From IMG/VR virus record IMGVR_UViG_3300034032_000023, positions 1 through 45,724 of that record: a stretch of DNA of 45,724 nucleotides; one strand, written 5' to 3'. The notes beneath the pieces were generated by a model. The model was not told where the DNA came from and did no database searches. It saw only the letters and a list, made by a program, of their open reading frames with translations. Below are positions 1-8,601 of this stretch, piece by piece. Source of the stretch: a virus (Duplodnaviria; Caudoviricetes). A program made the translations under genes and the position numbers. How positions within the stretch are numbered: the first letter of the stretch is position 1; every line of letters begins with the position of its first letter.

Positions 1-272
1 TGGTCGCGGCGACGGCGCTGCTCGAAGGTGGCCTTTTTCGCGTGCAGCTCGTAGCGGGTGAGGTCCGCGGTGATCTCGGCGATGCGCGCTGGCGTGGTGA
101 CCAGCGGCACCGTGAAAACCCGATCGGGGACGGCCGCGAGGTAGCCGTCGACGATGCTCTGGGCATCGGCGATTGCCTGCGCGAGCGTGGCGTCGGGGGC
201 CGAGGCGAGCACCTGCTCGAGTTCCTCGGATCCGAACCGCGCCGTGTAGCCGTCCTCGGTCAGGTAAGACAT
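1..272 (-). CDS. Mu gp36-like (DUF1320) head-tail adaptor, N-terminal part (runs off the window start)
   Basis: ATG at 272; MSYLTEDGYTARFGSEEL...AIADAQSIVDGYL...DLTRYEL resembles gp36/DUF1320; lies downstream of the capsid gene. Confidence 0.8.
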   Translation of the reverse strand, partial: MSYLTEDGYTARFGSEELEQVLASAPDATLAQAIADAQSIVDGYLAAVPDRVFTVPLVTTPARIAEITADLTRYELHAKKATFEQRRRRD

Positions 273-277
273 GGCTG

Positions 278-817
278 TTACTCCGCCTTGCCTTCGCCTT
301 CCGGATCGGCGGCGCGGGTGAAGTCGGCATTGGTGCCGCCCAGCCCGGCGTCGACCACGGCCTTGCTGCCCTCGTCGCCGTTCTCGGCCGCGGTCACCTG
401 GGCGGCGCTGGGGCCCGCTCCGGTGGCGTCGTCGACCACGCCCGGGATCCGGTCCTCGATGCCGCTCGGGCCCTTCGCACGGGCTGCCTCGACGGCATCG
501 CCGGCGCCCAGCACCGCGGTCTCGTCGGTGTCGCTGGAAGCCGAGCGCGAGGCCTTGGTGATGCGGTTCTCGTCCTGCAGGCGCTTGAAGGCGCGGCTGC
601 CGTCCGCGTCGCGCGCGCTGGCGAGGTCCATGGCGGTGATCTTGTCGCCCGCCTTGTACGTGCGGCCGCCGGCGCGGATGGTCTCGCCCTCGGCAACGAC
701 CAGCGAGGCGCTGGCGCGGGTGGTGGCGCTCGCGCTCGCGGGCGCGGTGTCCTGCGGCGAGCGCGCGGCGCCAGCCTTCGAGGAGGTACGGGGGGTGCGT
801 TCGTTGTTGCTGGCCAT
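278..817 (-). CDS. Hypothetical protein in the head module (179 aa, low complexity)
   Basis: ORF between capsid and gp36-like genes with GGAG Shine-Dalgarno upstream. Confidence 0.7.
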   Translation of the reverse strand: MASNNERTPRTSSKAGAARSPQDTAPASASATTRASASLVVAEGETIRAGGRTYKAGDKITAMDLASARDADGSRAFKRLQDENRITKASRSASSDTDETAVLGAGDAVEAARAKGPSGIEDRIPGVVDDATGAGPSAAQVTAAENGDEGSKAVVDAGLGGTNADFTRAADPEGEGKAE

Positions 818-844
818 GACACGGTGCTCCGGTGGGGTGGGGTT

Positions 845-884
845 GAAAGCGAAAGGGCCAGCCGGGTTGCCCTGGCCGGCCCTT
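845..884 (-). terminator. Putative intrinsic terminator/attenuator after the major capsid gene
   Basis: Minus-strand hairpin AGGGCCGGCCAGG-GCAA-CCCGGCTGGCCCT followed by TTCGCTTTC (broken U tract). Confidence 0.55.
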
Positions 885-907
885 GGGTCTCGCTGATGTC
901 CGCCCGG

Positions 908-1840
908 TTAGGTCGAGAGGACGTTCTGGAACAGGAAGCCGACTTCCGAGGCGATGATCATCTCGTTCACCGACTCGCCGACGCGGACTCGCACGCTGCC
1001 GCGCAGGCCCATCTTCGGCTCGGCGATCTGGCCCGACACGCGCTGGCCAAACTGCGCCGTGAAACCGAAGGTCACGCCGCGGCGCGGGGTGGCAGTCGGG
1101 TTGCGGTAGAACGCGGCCATCGAGTCGCCGCCCCACACGCGGACGATGGTCGGCGTCTGGCCCGGCTTGGCCGAGTTCTTCCAGCCCTGGCCAACGATCA
1201 CCTCCTGGATCTCGAGGAGGTCGGCCACCTGCTGGCGCGTCGCGAAGCCGTTGACCGTGCCCGACGCCGTGACCGCGGAAACGATGCGCGGGTGGCTGCG
1301 CAGCTTCGACCAGACCGGCACCGGCATCACCAGCACGTTCGGGCGGACGATCAGCGTGTCGAGGTAGCCGCTGATCAGCTCGAGCGGGTTGCTGTCCGGG
1401 TCGTCGAACAGGTCGTCGCCGCTGAGCGTGATCTTGTTGTCGGCGCCGTAGTTCGCCGGGTTCATGACCATGCTGGCGACGCGGATCTCGCGATCGAGCA
1501 GGATGAGGTCGGTCAGGCCCTCGGCCGCCTCGGCGCGCGGATCGTAGCCTTCCGGCGCTTCGCTGATGTCGTCATTCGGGATGACGTCGTCGAGGCCGCG
1601 GTCGTAGACCATGCCGGCCGCCTCGGACGCGGTGAAGTCGACTTCATTCGGCAGCGACTTCCGGCCCACGAGCGTCTCGGGGACGCTCATGCGCTCGGCG
1701 CGGTCGAATTTCAGGTACCGGAATTCCTTTTTCGCCACCGGGACGCGCGGGAAGATGCGATCGGCGACGAGTTCGGCGTTCTGATAGGCGATCACGATGC
1801 CGGTCAGGCGCGGATCGGTCGGGAAGGGTCGCAGCTGCAT
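908..1840 (-). CDS. Major capsid protein
   Basis: 310 aa; DPRLTGIVIAYQNAELVADRIFPRVPV N-terminus typical of this capsid family; follows protease and cement genes. Confidence 0.85.
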   Translation of the reverse strand: MQLRPFPTDPRLTGIVIAYQNAELVADRIFPRVPVAKKEFRYLKFDRAERMSVPETLVGRKSLPNEVDFTASEAAGMVYDRGLDDVIPNDDISEAPEGYDPRAEAAEGLTDLILLDREIRVASMVMNPANYGADNKITLSGDDLFDDPDSNPLELISGYLDTLIVRPNVLVMPVPVWSKLRSHPRIVSAVTASGTVNGFATRQQVADLLEIQEVIVGQGWKNSAKPGQTPTIVRVWGGDSMAAFYRNPTATPRRGVTFGFTAQFGQRVSGQIAEPKMGLRGSVRVRVGESVNEMIIASEVGFLFQNVLST

Positions 1841-1895
1841 GGCGGGCCTCGATGATCGAGTAGATGGGAAGTGTCAGGCGGCGTGGGTCGATCGC

Positions 1896-2267
1896 TTACG
1901 CGATCGTGCCCGCCACGCCCGGGGCGATGAAGACCGAGCCGCGGTCGCCGGCGACGCCGGAAACCTCGGCGAAGCCGATGATGCGGTTGCCCGTCGCCGC
2001 CTTGACGGCCGCGCCTGCGCCGTTGGCAGTGAGCGGGTCACCGCGGGTGACAGTGCCGCCGTAGACGACCTCGGCGATGCCGCCGCGGATGACGTCGACG
2101 GGATCGTTGGCAGCGTTGGCGCCGAGGCTGTCGGTCACGCCGAAGCTGGCATCGGTGCCGGCGGTCGCGAGCGCGGCCACGCCGTCAGCGGCGCCGTGCT
2201 TGACGATACGGAAGGGGCCGAGCGCCGCGGCGGCGTAGCAGGCCTTGATGAAGAGTTCGTTGCGCAT
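1896..2267 (-). CDS. Capsid cement/decoration protein (DUF2190-like)
   Basis: 123 aa, Gly/Ala-rich; VDVIRGGIAEV...GGTVTRGDPL...IIGFA pattern; located between protease and capsid. Confidence 0.75.
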   Translation of the reverse strand: MRNELFIKACYAAAALGPFRIVKHGAADGVAALATAGTDASFGVTDSLGANAANDPVDVIRGGIAEVVYGGTVTRGDPLTANGAGAAVKAATGNRIIGFAEVSGVAGDRGSVFIAPGVAGTIA

Positions 2268-2324
2268 GGCGTCGGTCTCGGGAGGTGTGGGGGTGCGGGT
2301 GGGTTCGCGCGGGCGGGGCGCCGG

Positions 2325-2822
2325 TTAGGACGCCTTGCCGGCGATGACGGCGTCGACCGCCTGCGTGCTGGTGATGACCACGCCGCGGCTGGCCATGCTC
2401 TCCTGGTACTCGCGCGCCTTGGCGGCGAGCTCGGTCGGCTTCATCGTGCCGGGCAGCTGCACGTCGCTGGTGACTTCGGAGTAGTCCACCTGCGTCGGAG
2501 CCTGCGCGAGCAGCGCCGCGATCAGCCCGCGGGCCGTCAGGGCGTTGTCGCCCGTCTGCTCGCCGAAGTCGAAGGAGCGCTTCTCGTCGTCGAGGTCGGC
2601 CATGAAGTCGGCGACCGGCTGGAGCTGGTTCGGCAGGAGCTTGCCGGCGGTGACGAGGGGCTGCAGCGCGGCCGTGGCGTCGACCAGCGCGGCGGCGCGG
2701 CGGGCGGTGGCTTGGGACTCGGAGAAGCTCTGCACCTGGCCCTGGAGCGCGGTGTTCTCGGCGCGGAGGCGGGCGGCTTCGGCGGCTTCGGCCTGGAGAG
2801 CGGCGATCTGCTCGGGGGTCAT
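2325..2822 (-). CDS. Probable internally initiated scaffolding protein (Mu Z-like)
   Basis: In-frame ATG at 2822 (MTPEQIAALQ) preceded by GAGGA, after a Thr/Glu-rich linker. Confidence 0.55.
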   Translation of the reverse strand: MTPEQIAALQAEAAEAARLRAENTALQGQVQSFSESQATARRAAALVDATAALQPLVTAGKLLPNQLQPVADFMADLDDEKRSFDFGEQTGDNALTARGLIAALLAQAPTQVDYSEVTSDVQLPGTMKPTELAAKAREYQESMASRGVVITSTQAVDAVIAGKAS

Positions 2823-3524
2823 CGTGGTGTCCTCGGTAGGGGTCTGGGTGCCGGTCTCGCCCTCGCTGAAGGCGGGCACGGCGGTGGTCTCTGCCTTCTG
2901 GCGGGCGCGTTCCTCGGCGCGGGCCAGCTGGCTCATGGCGTCGTCGAGCTGCCACGCGGGGATCTGCTTGTCGGCGGCCTCGATGCCGGCCGAGGCGATG
3001 ACCGACTCGCGGGCGCTGCGCACCAGCCCGACCAGCGTGCGCCACATGGCGGCGACGCCCCATGCCTCGTCGGCGTCGTCGGCGAAGTCGACCGTCAGCG
3101 TGCGGCTGTCGTCGGCAAACTCGACGTCCTCGAGGCCCTTGATCGCCGGCGGCTGGGCGCCCAGCAGGCCGAGGTGACGGAGCTGCCACACGCCCGGCGT
3201 CGGGTTATTCGGGTGGTCCGGCGCGTAGAGGCTCGCGCTGCGGTTCCGGTACGCGCCGTTCTTCATCAGCTCGGCGAAGTCCGGGTTGAGCTTCTCGGTC
3301 TCGTCGACCCACAGCTCGCCGTTGTCGTCGGCGCGGACCTTGCCCACCCAGCCGTAAGCCGGGGCGTGGCCCTTCGGGTGGCCGATCACCATCGGTGCGC
3401 GCCACTTGCCTTCGTTGTAGGCCTGGGCCATCGCCTTCACGTCGTCGGCCGTGAAGGTCGTCGTCGTGCCGGACCCGTCGGTGTGGGTGCCAGCGCGGAA
3501 GATGCGGAAGGGCTTGGGCTTCAT
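2325..3524 (-). CDS. Mu gp32/I-like prohead protease fused to scaffold
   Basis: IFRAGTH, APMVIGHP, PAYGWV, YRNRSAS, LRHLGLLGAQPPAIKGL motifs; helical C-terminal half. Confidence 0.88.
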   Translation of the reverse strand: MKPKPFRIFRAGTHTDGSGTTTTFTADDVKAMAQAYNEGKWRAPMVIGHPKGHAPAYGWVGKVRADDNGELWVDETEKLNPDFAELMKNGAYRNRSASLYAPDHPNNPTPGVWQLRHLGLLGAQPPAIKGLEDVEFADDSRTLTVDFADDADEAWGVAAMWRTLVGLVRSARESVIASAGIEAADKQIPAWQLDDAMSQLARAEERARQKAETTAVPAFSEGETGTQTPTEDTTMTPEQIAALQAEAAEAARLRAENTALQGQVQSFSESQATARRAAALVDATAALQPLVTAGKLLPNQLQPVADFMADLDDEKRSFDFGEQTGDNALTARGLIAALLAQAPTQVDYSEVTSDVQLPGTMKPTELAAKAREYQESMASRGVVITSTQAVDAVIAGKAS

Positions 3525-3532
3525 GGGGGCCG

Positions 3533-3577
3533 ATGCTGCGGGTTGGGTCGCACTTCCGGAAAGCTGGGACCGCTTCT
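3533..3577 (-). promoter_or_regulatory. Putative activator-dependent late promoter for the head/tail operon
   Basis: AGAAGCGGTCCCAGCT, 23 bp, then -10-like CAGCAT; the motif is shared with the region upstream of the endolysin. Confidence 0.45.
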
Positions 3578-3590
3578 CGCGTGAGGGGAC

Positions 3591-3619
3591 TTGCGCGGCG
3601 TGCCACGAAATGTTGTAGT
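3591..3619 (+). promoter_or_regulatory. Possible sigma70-like promoter for the plus-strand accessory operon
   Basis: TTGCGC-17 bp-TGTAGT in a locally AT-richer intergenic stretch; weak -10. Confidence 0.3.
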
Positions 3620-3683
3620 TCGTCCACGCCGGCGGTGCCGGTGCCCGAGCCGGCCGGTAGCCGGATCATCCAGGAGTCGCCCC

Positions 3684-3989
3684 GTGAACGTTTCCTTCGC
3701 CCAGATCCGCCTCGCCTACTTCGTCCTGGCCGGCGTCGACATGCCGAAGAACCTCCCCTTCCACGCGGCCGGCAGCTGCATCGTCGAGGCGACCTCGTCG
3801 GGCTACGCGAAGGCTCTGTTCGCCAAGGCCCAGAAGATCATCGACCAGCATCCGGTCGGCCGCCCCGGCTCCGAGTATGCCGAGATGGCTGCCGCCTTCG
3901 TGGCCGAGTTCGGTCCGCGTGGCAGCGAAGGCCGCCGCGAGAAGCTCCTGTCCCTTTCGCGCGGCATGGCGGCGGAGGAGCAGGCGTGA
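3684..3989 (+). CDS. Hypothetical protein (101 aa)
   Basis: GTG start with CAGGAG SD; first gene of a coupled operon. Confidence 0.7.
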   Translation: MNVSFAQIRLAYFVLAGVDMPKNLPFHAAGSCIVEATSSGYAKALFAKAQKIIDQHPVGRPGSEYAEMAAAFVAEFGPRGSEGRREKLLSLSRGMAAEEQA

Positions 3990-4222
3990 GCGCCGTCCTC
4001 TCCCAGCTCGACGACCGCATGCAGCTCGCGATCTCCCTGCTCAACAGGGCGCGCGCCTCGGTCGATCTCCCCCCGATGGCGCCCGAAGAGGTCGCCATCC
4101 TCCGCGCCCGCTACGGGTACCGCTCGTACCTGCAGTTCCTGCGCCTCACCACCACGCTGGGTGATCTGGCCGAAGTCGAGCAGCTGCTCGGCGAATGGCA
4201 CGCGTGGCACCACGGAGGCTGA
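3986..4222 (+). CDS. Hypothetical protein (78 aa)
   Basis: GTGA overlap with the upstream gene; GGAGG SD. Confidence 0.7.
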   Translation: MSAVLSQLDDRMQLAISLLNRARASVDLPPMAPEEVAILRARYGYRSYLQFLRLTTTLGDLAEVEQLLGEWHAWHHGG

Positions 4223-4223
4223 A

Positions 4224-4319
4224 ATGAAAACCCGCCGTTCCCCCGCGGCTCTGCTGTTTGCCCTATTCCTCGTCGACCTCGCGCTCGTCGCGAACGTCTT
4301 GCGCATCGCGGTGTCGTGA
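4224..4319 (+). CDS. Small single-TM peptide (31 aa, MKTRRSPAALLFALFLVDLALVANVLRIAVS)
   Basis: GGAGG SD; ATG immediately after the upstream stop; hydrophobic helix. Confidence 0.55.
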   Translation: MKTRRSPAALLFALFLVDLALVANVLRIAVS

Positions 4320-4372
4320 TGCGCAGGGATCGCTCCGAGTTCAACGCGCACCGCCACCTTCGGGAGTCCACC

Positions 4373-4498
4373 ATGCCCGTTTCGAATCCCCATATCCGCC
4401 GCTGCAGGCGCTCGCCGTGGCCGCGCCGCCTGCGCGTCGCGCTAGCCTTGTCCGTCCTCGCCTACGTCGTCGGCATCGTCGTCATGGCGGTGCGCTGA
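4373..4498 (+). CDS. Small single-TM peptide (41 aa)
   Basis: GGGAG SD; Arg-rich N-terminus then VALALSVLAYVVGIVVMAV; TGATG-coupled to the next gene. Confidence 0.6.
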   Translation: MPVSNPHIRRCRRSPWPRRLRVALALSVLAYVVGIVVMAVR

Positions 4499-4737
4499 TG
4501 GCTCGCCCCGTCCACGTCGGCGCGGCGATCGATGCCGCCCGCTCCCGGATCCAGAACCACCCGCGCGTGACCGCGGCCGAGCTGGCCAACATCACCGAGG
4601 CCCGCCTGGCCTACGAGCAGTTAGTCGCGTCCGCGCTGGCCATCCTGCGCGCGGTCAATTTCGGCCCCGTCTCCGAGTCCGATCCGGAGATCGGGAAGCT
4701 CCGCGCCGCGCTGCGCGGTTGTGCGGTGCGCTCGTGA
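4498..4737 (+). CDS. Hypothetical protein (79 aa)
   Basis: TGATG coupling upstream, GTGA coupling downstream. Confidence 0.65.
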   Translation: MARPVHVGAAIDAARSRIQNHPRVTAAELANITEARLAYEQLVASALAILRAVNFGPVSESDPEIGKLRAALRGCAVRS

Positions 4738-5012
4738 GCGCGCATCCCATGGACCCGCTCGAGGTCGTCGCCGCCTCCAGCTTCCTGCTAGCAGCGCTGA
4801 CCGGCATTCCCGAGGAGGAGAGCAACCTGCCGCGGGCGCATTCGGTCCTGGCTGAGCTGCGTGCTGCGGCGGTTGGCGTCGCTCCCTTCCTTCCTCGGCC
4901 TCGCACTTCCGGCCCGTCTGGCCCTACGTGGTACGCCGCCGGGCTGCAGCGCCGCTCCGATGCGATCGCGCGATTCGACGCGGCCCTCGCCGCCTGCGGG
5001 GTGGTGCCGTGA
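4734..5012 (+). CDS. Hypothetical protein (92 aa)
   Basis: Stop/start overlaps on both sides. Confidence 0.6.
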   Translation: MSAHPMDPLEVVAASSFLLAALTGIPEEESNLPRAHSVLAELRAAAVGVAPFLPRPRTSGPSGPTWYAAGLQRRSDAIARFDAALAACGVVP

Positions 5013-5176
5013 TGGCCGTCCGCCGCTCGCCGCGCTGGTTCGCCGCGCGCCGCCTGATCACCGAGCGCCTGCCCGTCTGGCTCGCCGTGCTCGGGTGCGC
5101 CTTCTGGGTTGGCGTCGCCGTCGTCGTCCTCTACTCGCTGTTTCTCGTGTTCCTTGGCCTGGAGGCCCCCCGCTGA
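5012..5176 (+). CDS. Small membrane peptide (54 aa)
   Basis: TGATG coupling on both sides; long hydrophobic segment VWLAVLGCAFWVGVAVVVLYSLFLVFLG. Confidence 0.6.
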   Translation: MAVRRSPRWFAARRLITERLPVWLAVLGCAFWVGVAVVVLYSLFLVFLGLEAPR

Positions 5177-5556
5177 TGTGGATCCTGACCCCTAAGTCGT
5201 TCGTGTCGATCGTCGCCCACCGCTCGAAGCCGGACACGCTGCTCGTGCGCGCGCGCCTGCCCGGCGACCTCCGCCGCTTGTTCCCCGGGTGCAAGGTCTC
5301 GCGCACGCCGTCGGCGGACTACCGCTTCCGCACCGAGCTGCCGCGCCGGCGCGTCATGAACGCCGTGGCGGAGGAAATATCGGCGATCGCCTACGACAAC
5401 GTGAAGGGGGCGATCCCTACGAAGCCGGTCGTGCACTCGATCCGCCACCGGATGATGTCGCGGATGTGGCAGGCGGGCATGGACGCCCAGCAGGACGCGC
5501 ACCGCCGTGCCCTGCCTGCGTGGGGCGACCCTGGCTCCGACCTCTCGGGGCTCTGA
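5176..5556 (+). CDS. Conserved-type phage hypothetical protein (126 aa)
   Basis: MWILTPKSFVSIVAH...LLVRAR...DYRFR...YDNVK pattern that I recall from other phage proteins; coupled ORF. Confidence 0.7.
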   Translation: MWILTPKSFVSIVAHRSKPDTLLVRARLPGDLRRLFPGCKVSRTPSADYRFRTELPRRRVMNAVAEEISAIAYDNVKGAIPTKPVVHSIRHRMMSRMWQAGMDAQQDAHRRALPAWGDPGSDLSGL

Positions 5557-5957
5557 TGAAGCCGGTCAACGTCGACGGGTACCTCGTCCCGGTCTGCGGC
5601 TACTGCTTTGTCCTCTGCTGCCTCGTCGACCGCGGTGAATTCAAGCGATGGGAGTGCCCGGAGGAGGGGTGCGATGCGCGCGTCGGCGTGCATCGCGACT
5701 CGCCGCGCTTCGCTCCCCTCGGGACGCCGGCGCGGCACTCGCTCCGCGTGCTGCGGCAGGAGGTGCACGGCGCCTTCGATCCGCTCTGGGCTCCCGGCGA
5801 TCTCCGCGTGTTCGCCTCGCGCACCGAGGCGTATCGGTGGCTCGCCGGCGCGCTGAACCTGCCGGCGGCTCGCTGCCACGTCGCGGAGTTCGACCAGGAG
5901 ACGTGCCTGCGCGCGCTCGGCGCCATCACTCACTTTCGGAATTCCAACAATGGCTGA
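5556..5957 (+). CDS. Zinc-finger protein, DUF3268-like
   Basis: CxxC...C-x4-CDARVGVH...PLGT...HGAFDPLW...AYRWLA...CHVAEFD motif series. Confidence 0.8.
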   Translation: MKPVNVDGYLVPVCGYCFVLCCLVDRGEFKRWECPEEGCDARVGVHRDSPRFAPLGTPARHSLRVLRQEVHGAFDPLWAPGDLRVFASRTEAYRWLAGALNLPAARCHVAEFDQETCLRALGAITHFRNSNNG

Positions 5958-7533
5958 CGGCTCGCTCTCTCCTATCCGCGTCGAGCGCGCGGTGCGCTCG
6001 GCTCTCGTAGCCGACCTTTTCTGCGGCGCCGGCGGGATGTCGACGGGCGCCGAGCGTGCCTTCCGCGAGCTGGGCCAGCGGATGAGCCTGGTCGGCGTGA
6101 ACCACTGGCCGGTCGCGATCGAGACCAACCGCCGGAACCACCCGGAGCACGCCGCTCGGATCTCGTGCGCGAACCTGGAGACGGCGTTGCCGCTCGACCA
6201 TGTGCCCGAGGGCCGTCTCGATCTGCTGATGGCTGCGCCGTCGTGCGTGTTCCACTCGCGCGCTCGAGGTGGGCGCCCGGTGCACGACCAGCAGCGCATG
6301 GACCCATGGCACGTGGTCCGCTGGTGCACCGAGCTGCGCGTGTCGCGCCTGCTCGTCGAGAACGTGCCGGAGTTCGTCGACTGGGGCCCGTGCTCGCTGG
6401 TCACCGGGAAGCCGATCAAGTCGCGCCGCGGCGAGTACTTCCGCGCGTGGGTCGCGGCGCTGCAGGCGGTGGGCTTCCGGCTCGACTGGCGCGTGCTCTG
6501 CTGCGCCGACTATGGCGACCCGACCACGCGTCGGCGGTTTTTCCTGATCGGCCGCAGCGATCGCGGCCCGCTGGTGTGGCCGGAGCCCACGCACGCCCGG
6601 GTGGCGTCCTCGGACCTGGCCGGCTCCCGGTCCCGCTGGCGCGGTGCGCGCGAGGTGATCGACTGGTCGATCGAGGGCGCGTCCATCTTTACGCGGAAGC
6701 GCCCGCTCAAGCCGAACACGCTCCGACGGATCCTCGCCGGCGCGGTCAAGTACTCATGGCCGCAGCCCTACGTCGAGGCGCTACAGGCGTTGCTCGAGGA
6801 ACGCGAGCCGAGGCTGGTGTTCTCGCGCGCAGAGGCCGCATCCCTCGGGCTTGTGCAGTCGGCCGGCGTGGGCATCACGCTGTCGACCGCGTCTGGCGGT
6901 GCGCCTCGTGCCCTGGACGAGCCGCTGCCAACGATCACCACCGGAGGCGCGGGCGGTGCCCGCCCCGGCTGCGCGCGGCCGCAGCTGGTCGAGCCACTGA
7001 TCGTCCCGGTGTCGAATTCCAGCAGCGCCGGCGTGCCGCGCTCTGCCGGCGATCCGATCCGCACAGTCACCACCGCCAAGGGCGGCGACCAGGCGCTCGC
7101 TGTGCCGCTCGTGGCGCCGTACTACGGTGGTGGCTCGGGCCTGTCGTCGGTGGCCGTCTCGGCGCCGCTCCCGTCGGTCACCACGAAGGCGCGGTTCGGG
7201 CTGGCCGAGGGCTTCCTGGTCCCTAATTTCGGCGAGCGCGCTGGCCAGACGCCGCGGGTCCATGGGCTGGATGTGCCGATGCCCACGATCACGGCGTCGG
7301 GCCACGTGCAGCTGGCGCAGCCGGCGCTCGAGGCGCTCGACGAGGTCCGCATCGACGTGAATTACCGGATGCTCCACTGGCGCGAGCTCGCCCGCGCGAC
7401 GTCGTTTGATGACGAGGGCCATGTCTACGACTTCGCCGGCACGGCCACCGAGATCACCAAGCAGATCGGCAACGCGGTGCCCAACCGCACGGCCAAGGCC
7501 CTGGTGCGCGCGCTCATAGGCGGTGGGGCGTGA
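5950..7533 (+). CDS. DNA (cytosine-5) methyltransferase
   Basis: Motif I DLFCGAGG, motif IV APSC, motif VI ENV, motif VIII PTTRRR, motif X QIGNAV. Confidence 0.93.
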   Translation: MADGSLSPIRVERAVRSALVADLFCGAGGMSTGAERAFRELGQRMSLVGVNHWPVAIETNRRNHPEHAARISCANLETALPLDHVPEGRLDLLMAAPSCVFHSRARGGRPVHDQQRMDPWHVVRWCTELRVSRLLVENVPEFVDWGPCSLVTGKPIKSRRGEYFRAWVAALQAVGFRLDWRVLCCADYGDPTTRRRFFLIGRSDRGPLVWPEPTHARVASSDLAGSRSRWRGAREVIDWSIEGASIFTRKRPLKPNTLRRILAGAVKYSWPQPYVEALQALLEEREPRLVFSRAEAASLGLVQSAGVGITLSTASGGAPRALDEPLPTITTGGAGGARPGCARPQLVEPLIVPVSNSSSAGVPRSAGDPIRTVTTAKGGDQALAVPLVAPYYGGGSGLSSVAVSAPLPSVTTKARFGLAEGFLVPNFGERAGQTPRVHGLDVPMPTITASGHVQLAQPALEALDEVRIDVNYRMLHWRELARATSFDDEGHVYDFAGTATEITKQIGNAVPNRTAKALVRALIGGGA

Positions 7534-8366
7534 CGCCCTCTCGCCCGGTGCTCCGGTACCACGGCGGGAAGTGGCGCCTCGCCGACTGGATCGTCGCGCA
7601 CCTGCCCCCGCACCACTGCTACGTCGAGCCATTCGGCGGCGCGGCGTCGGTGCTGATGCGCAAGCCGCGGTCGGCCGTGGAGGTCTACAACGACCTCGAC
7701 GCGTCGGTCGTCTCGCTGTTCCGGGTCCTGCGGGATCCGGTGACGGCCGAGCAGCTGCGCGCCGCGCTCGAGCTGACGCCCTACTCGCGCGCCGAGTTCG
7801 TGCTGGCCTGGGAGCCGTCCGAGGATCCCGTCGAGGACGCGCGCCGTCTGCTCGTGCGGTCCTCGCAGTCGATCGGTGCGAAGAAGCGCTGCAGCCGCAA
7901 CGGCTGGCGGGCGGGCCCGACCCACGGGTCGCCGGTGAACATGTGGACCGGCTGGCCCTCGCACGTGCCTTCGTTCGTGGCGCGGCTGCGCGAGGTGCTG
8001 ATCGAGCAGCAGCCTGCCGCCGCGGTGGTGGCGCAGTTCGATTCGCCTGCGACCCTGTTCTACGTCGACCCGCCCTATGTCCTGAAGACGCGCGCCTGGG
8101 ATCACCGGAAGATCTACGCGCACGAGCTGACCGACGCCGAGCATGCCGAGCTGCTCACTCAGCTGCTGGCGGTCCGCGGCATGGTCCTCGTGTCGGGCTA
8201 TCGGTCCCCGCTCTACGACGAGTTCCTCGCCGGCTGGCGCCGCGTCGACGTCAACGCTCGCGCGCAGGGGAACCGTCCCCGCGTGGAGTCGCTCTGGATC
8301 TCTCCCGCTGCCGACGCCCTGTTGCGGCAGCCTGCTCTCGCCCTGGAGGCCCGCCATGCCCCGTAA
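7530..8366 (+). CDS. DNA adenine methyltransferase (Dam/D12 class)
   Basis: LRYHGGKWRLA, YVEPFGGAASV, VYNDLD and catalytic DPPY. Confidence 0.93.
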   Translation: MTPSRPVLRYHGGKWRLADWIVAHLPPHHCYVEPFGGAASVLMRKPRSAVEVYNDLDASVVSLFRVLRDPVTAEQLRAALELTPYSRAEFVLAWEPSEDPVEDARRLLVRSSQSIGAKKRCSRNGWRAGPTHGSPVNMWTGWPSHVPSFVARLREVLIEQQPAAAVVAQFDSPATLFYVDPPYVLKTRAWDHRKIYAHELTDAEHAELLTQLLAVRGMVLVSGYRSPLYDEFLAGWRRVDVNARAQGNRPRVESLWISPAADALLRQPALALEARHAP

Positions 8367-8601
8367 CCGCGAGCCGGGCACGCCGTGTCGGATCTACGTC
8401 GACGGGATGCCGTCGCTCGAGGTCGGGCACTTCATCACCACCGAGGGCGGGTCCGGCTACTGGGTGCAGGGCATGCGCCCCAGCCCGTCGAAGTGGTACC
8501 GGCGCTACCTGCAGTGCGTGCGGGTGCGTCCGTCTGAAATCCCCGCCGATGCCGTCGTGCATCGGCTCACGTGGTACCGCCGCGAATCGAGGAACCGCTG
8601 A
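8356..8601 (+). CDS. Hypothetical protein (81 aa)
   Basis: GGAGG SD; short overlap with the MTase; TGATG-coupled to the next gene. Confidence 0.65.
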   Translation: MPRNREPGTPCRIYVDGMPSLEVGHFITTEGGSGYWVQGMRPSPSKWYRRYLQCVRVRPSEIPADAVVHRLTWYRRESRNR

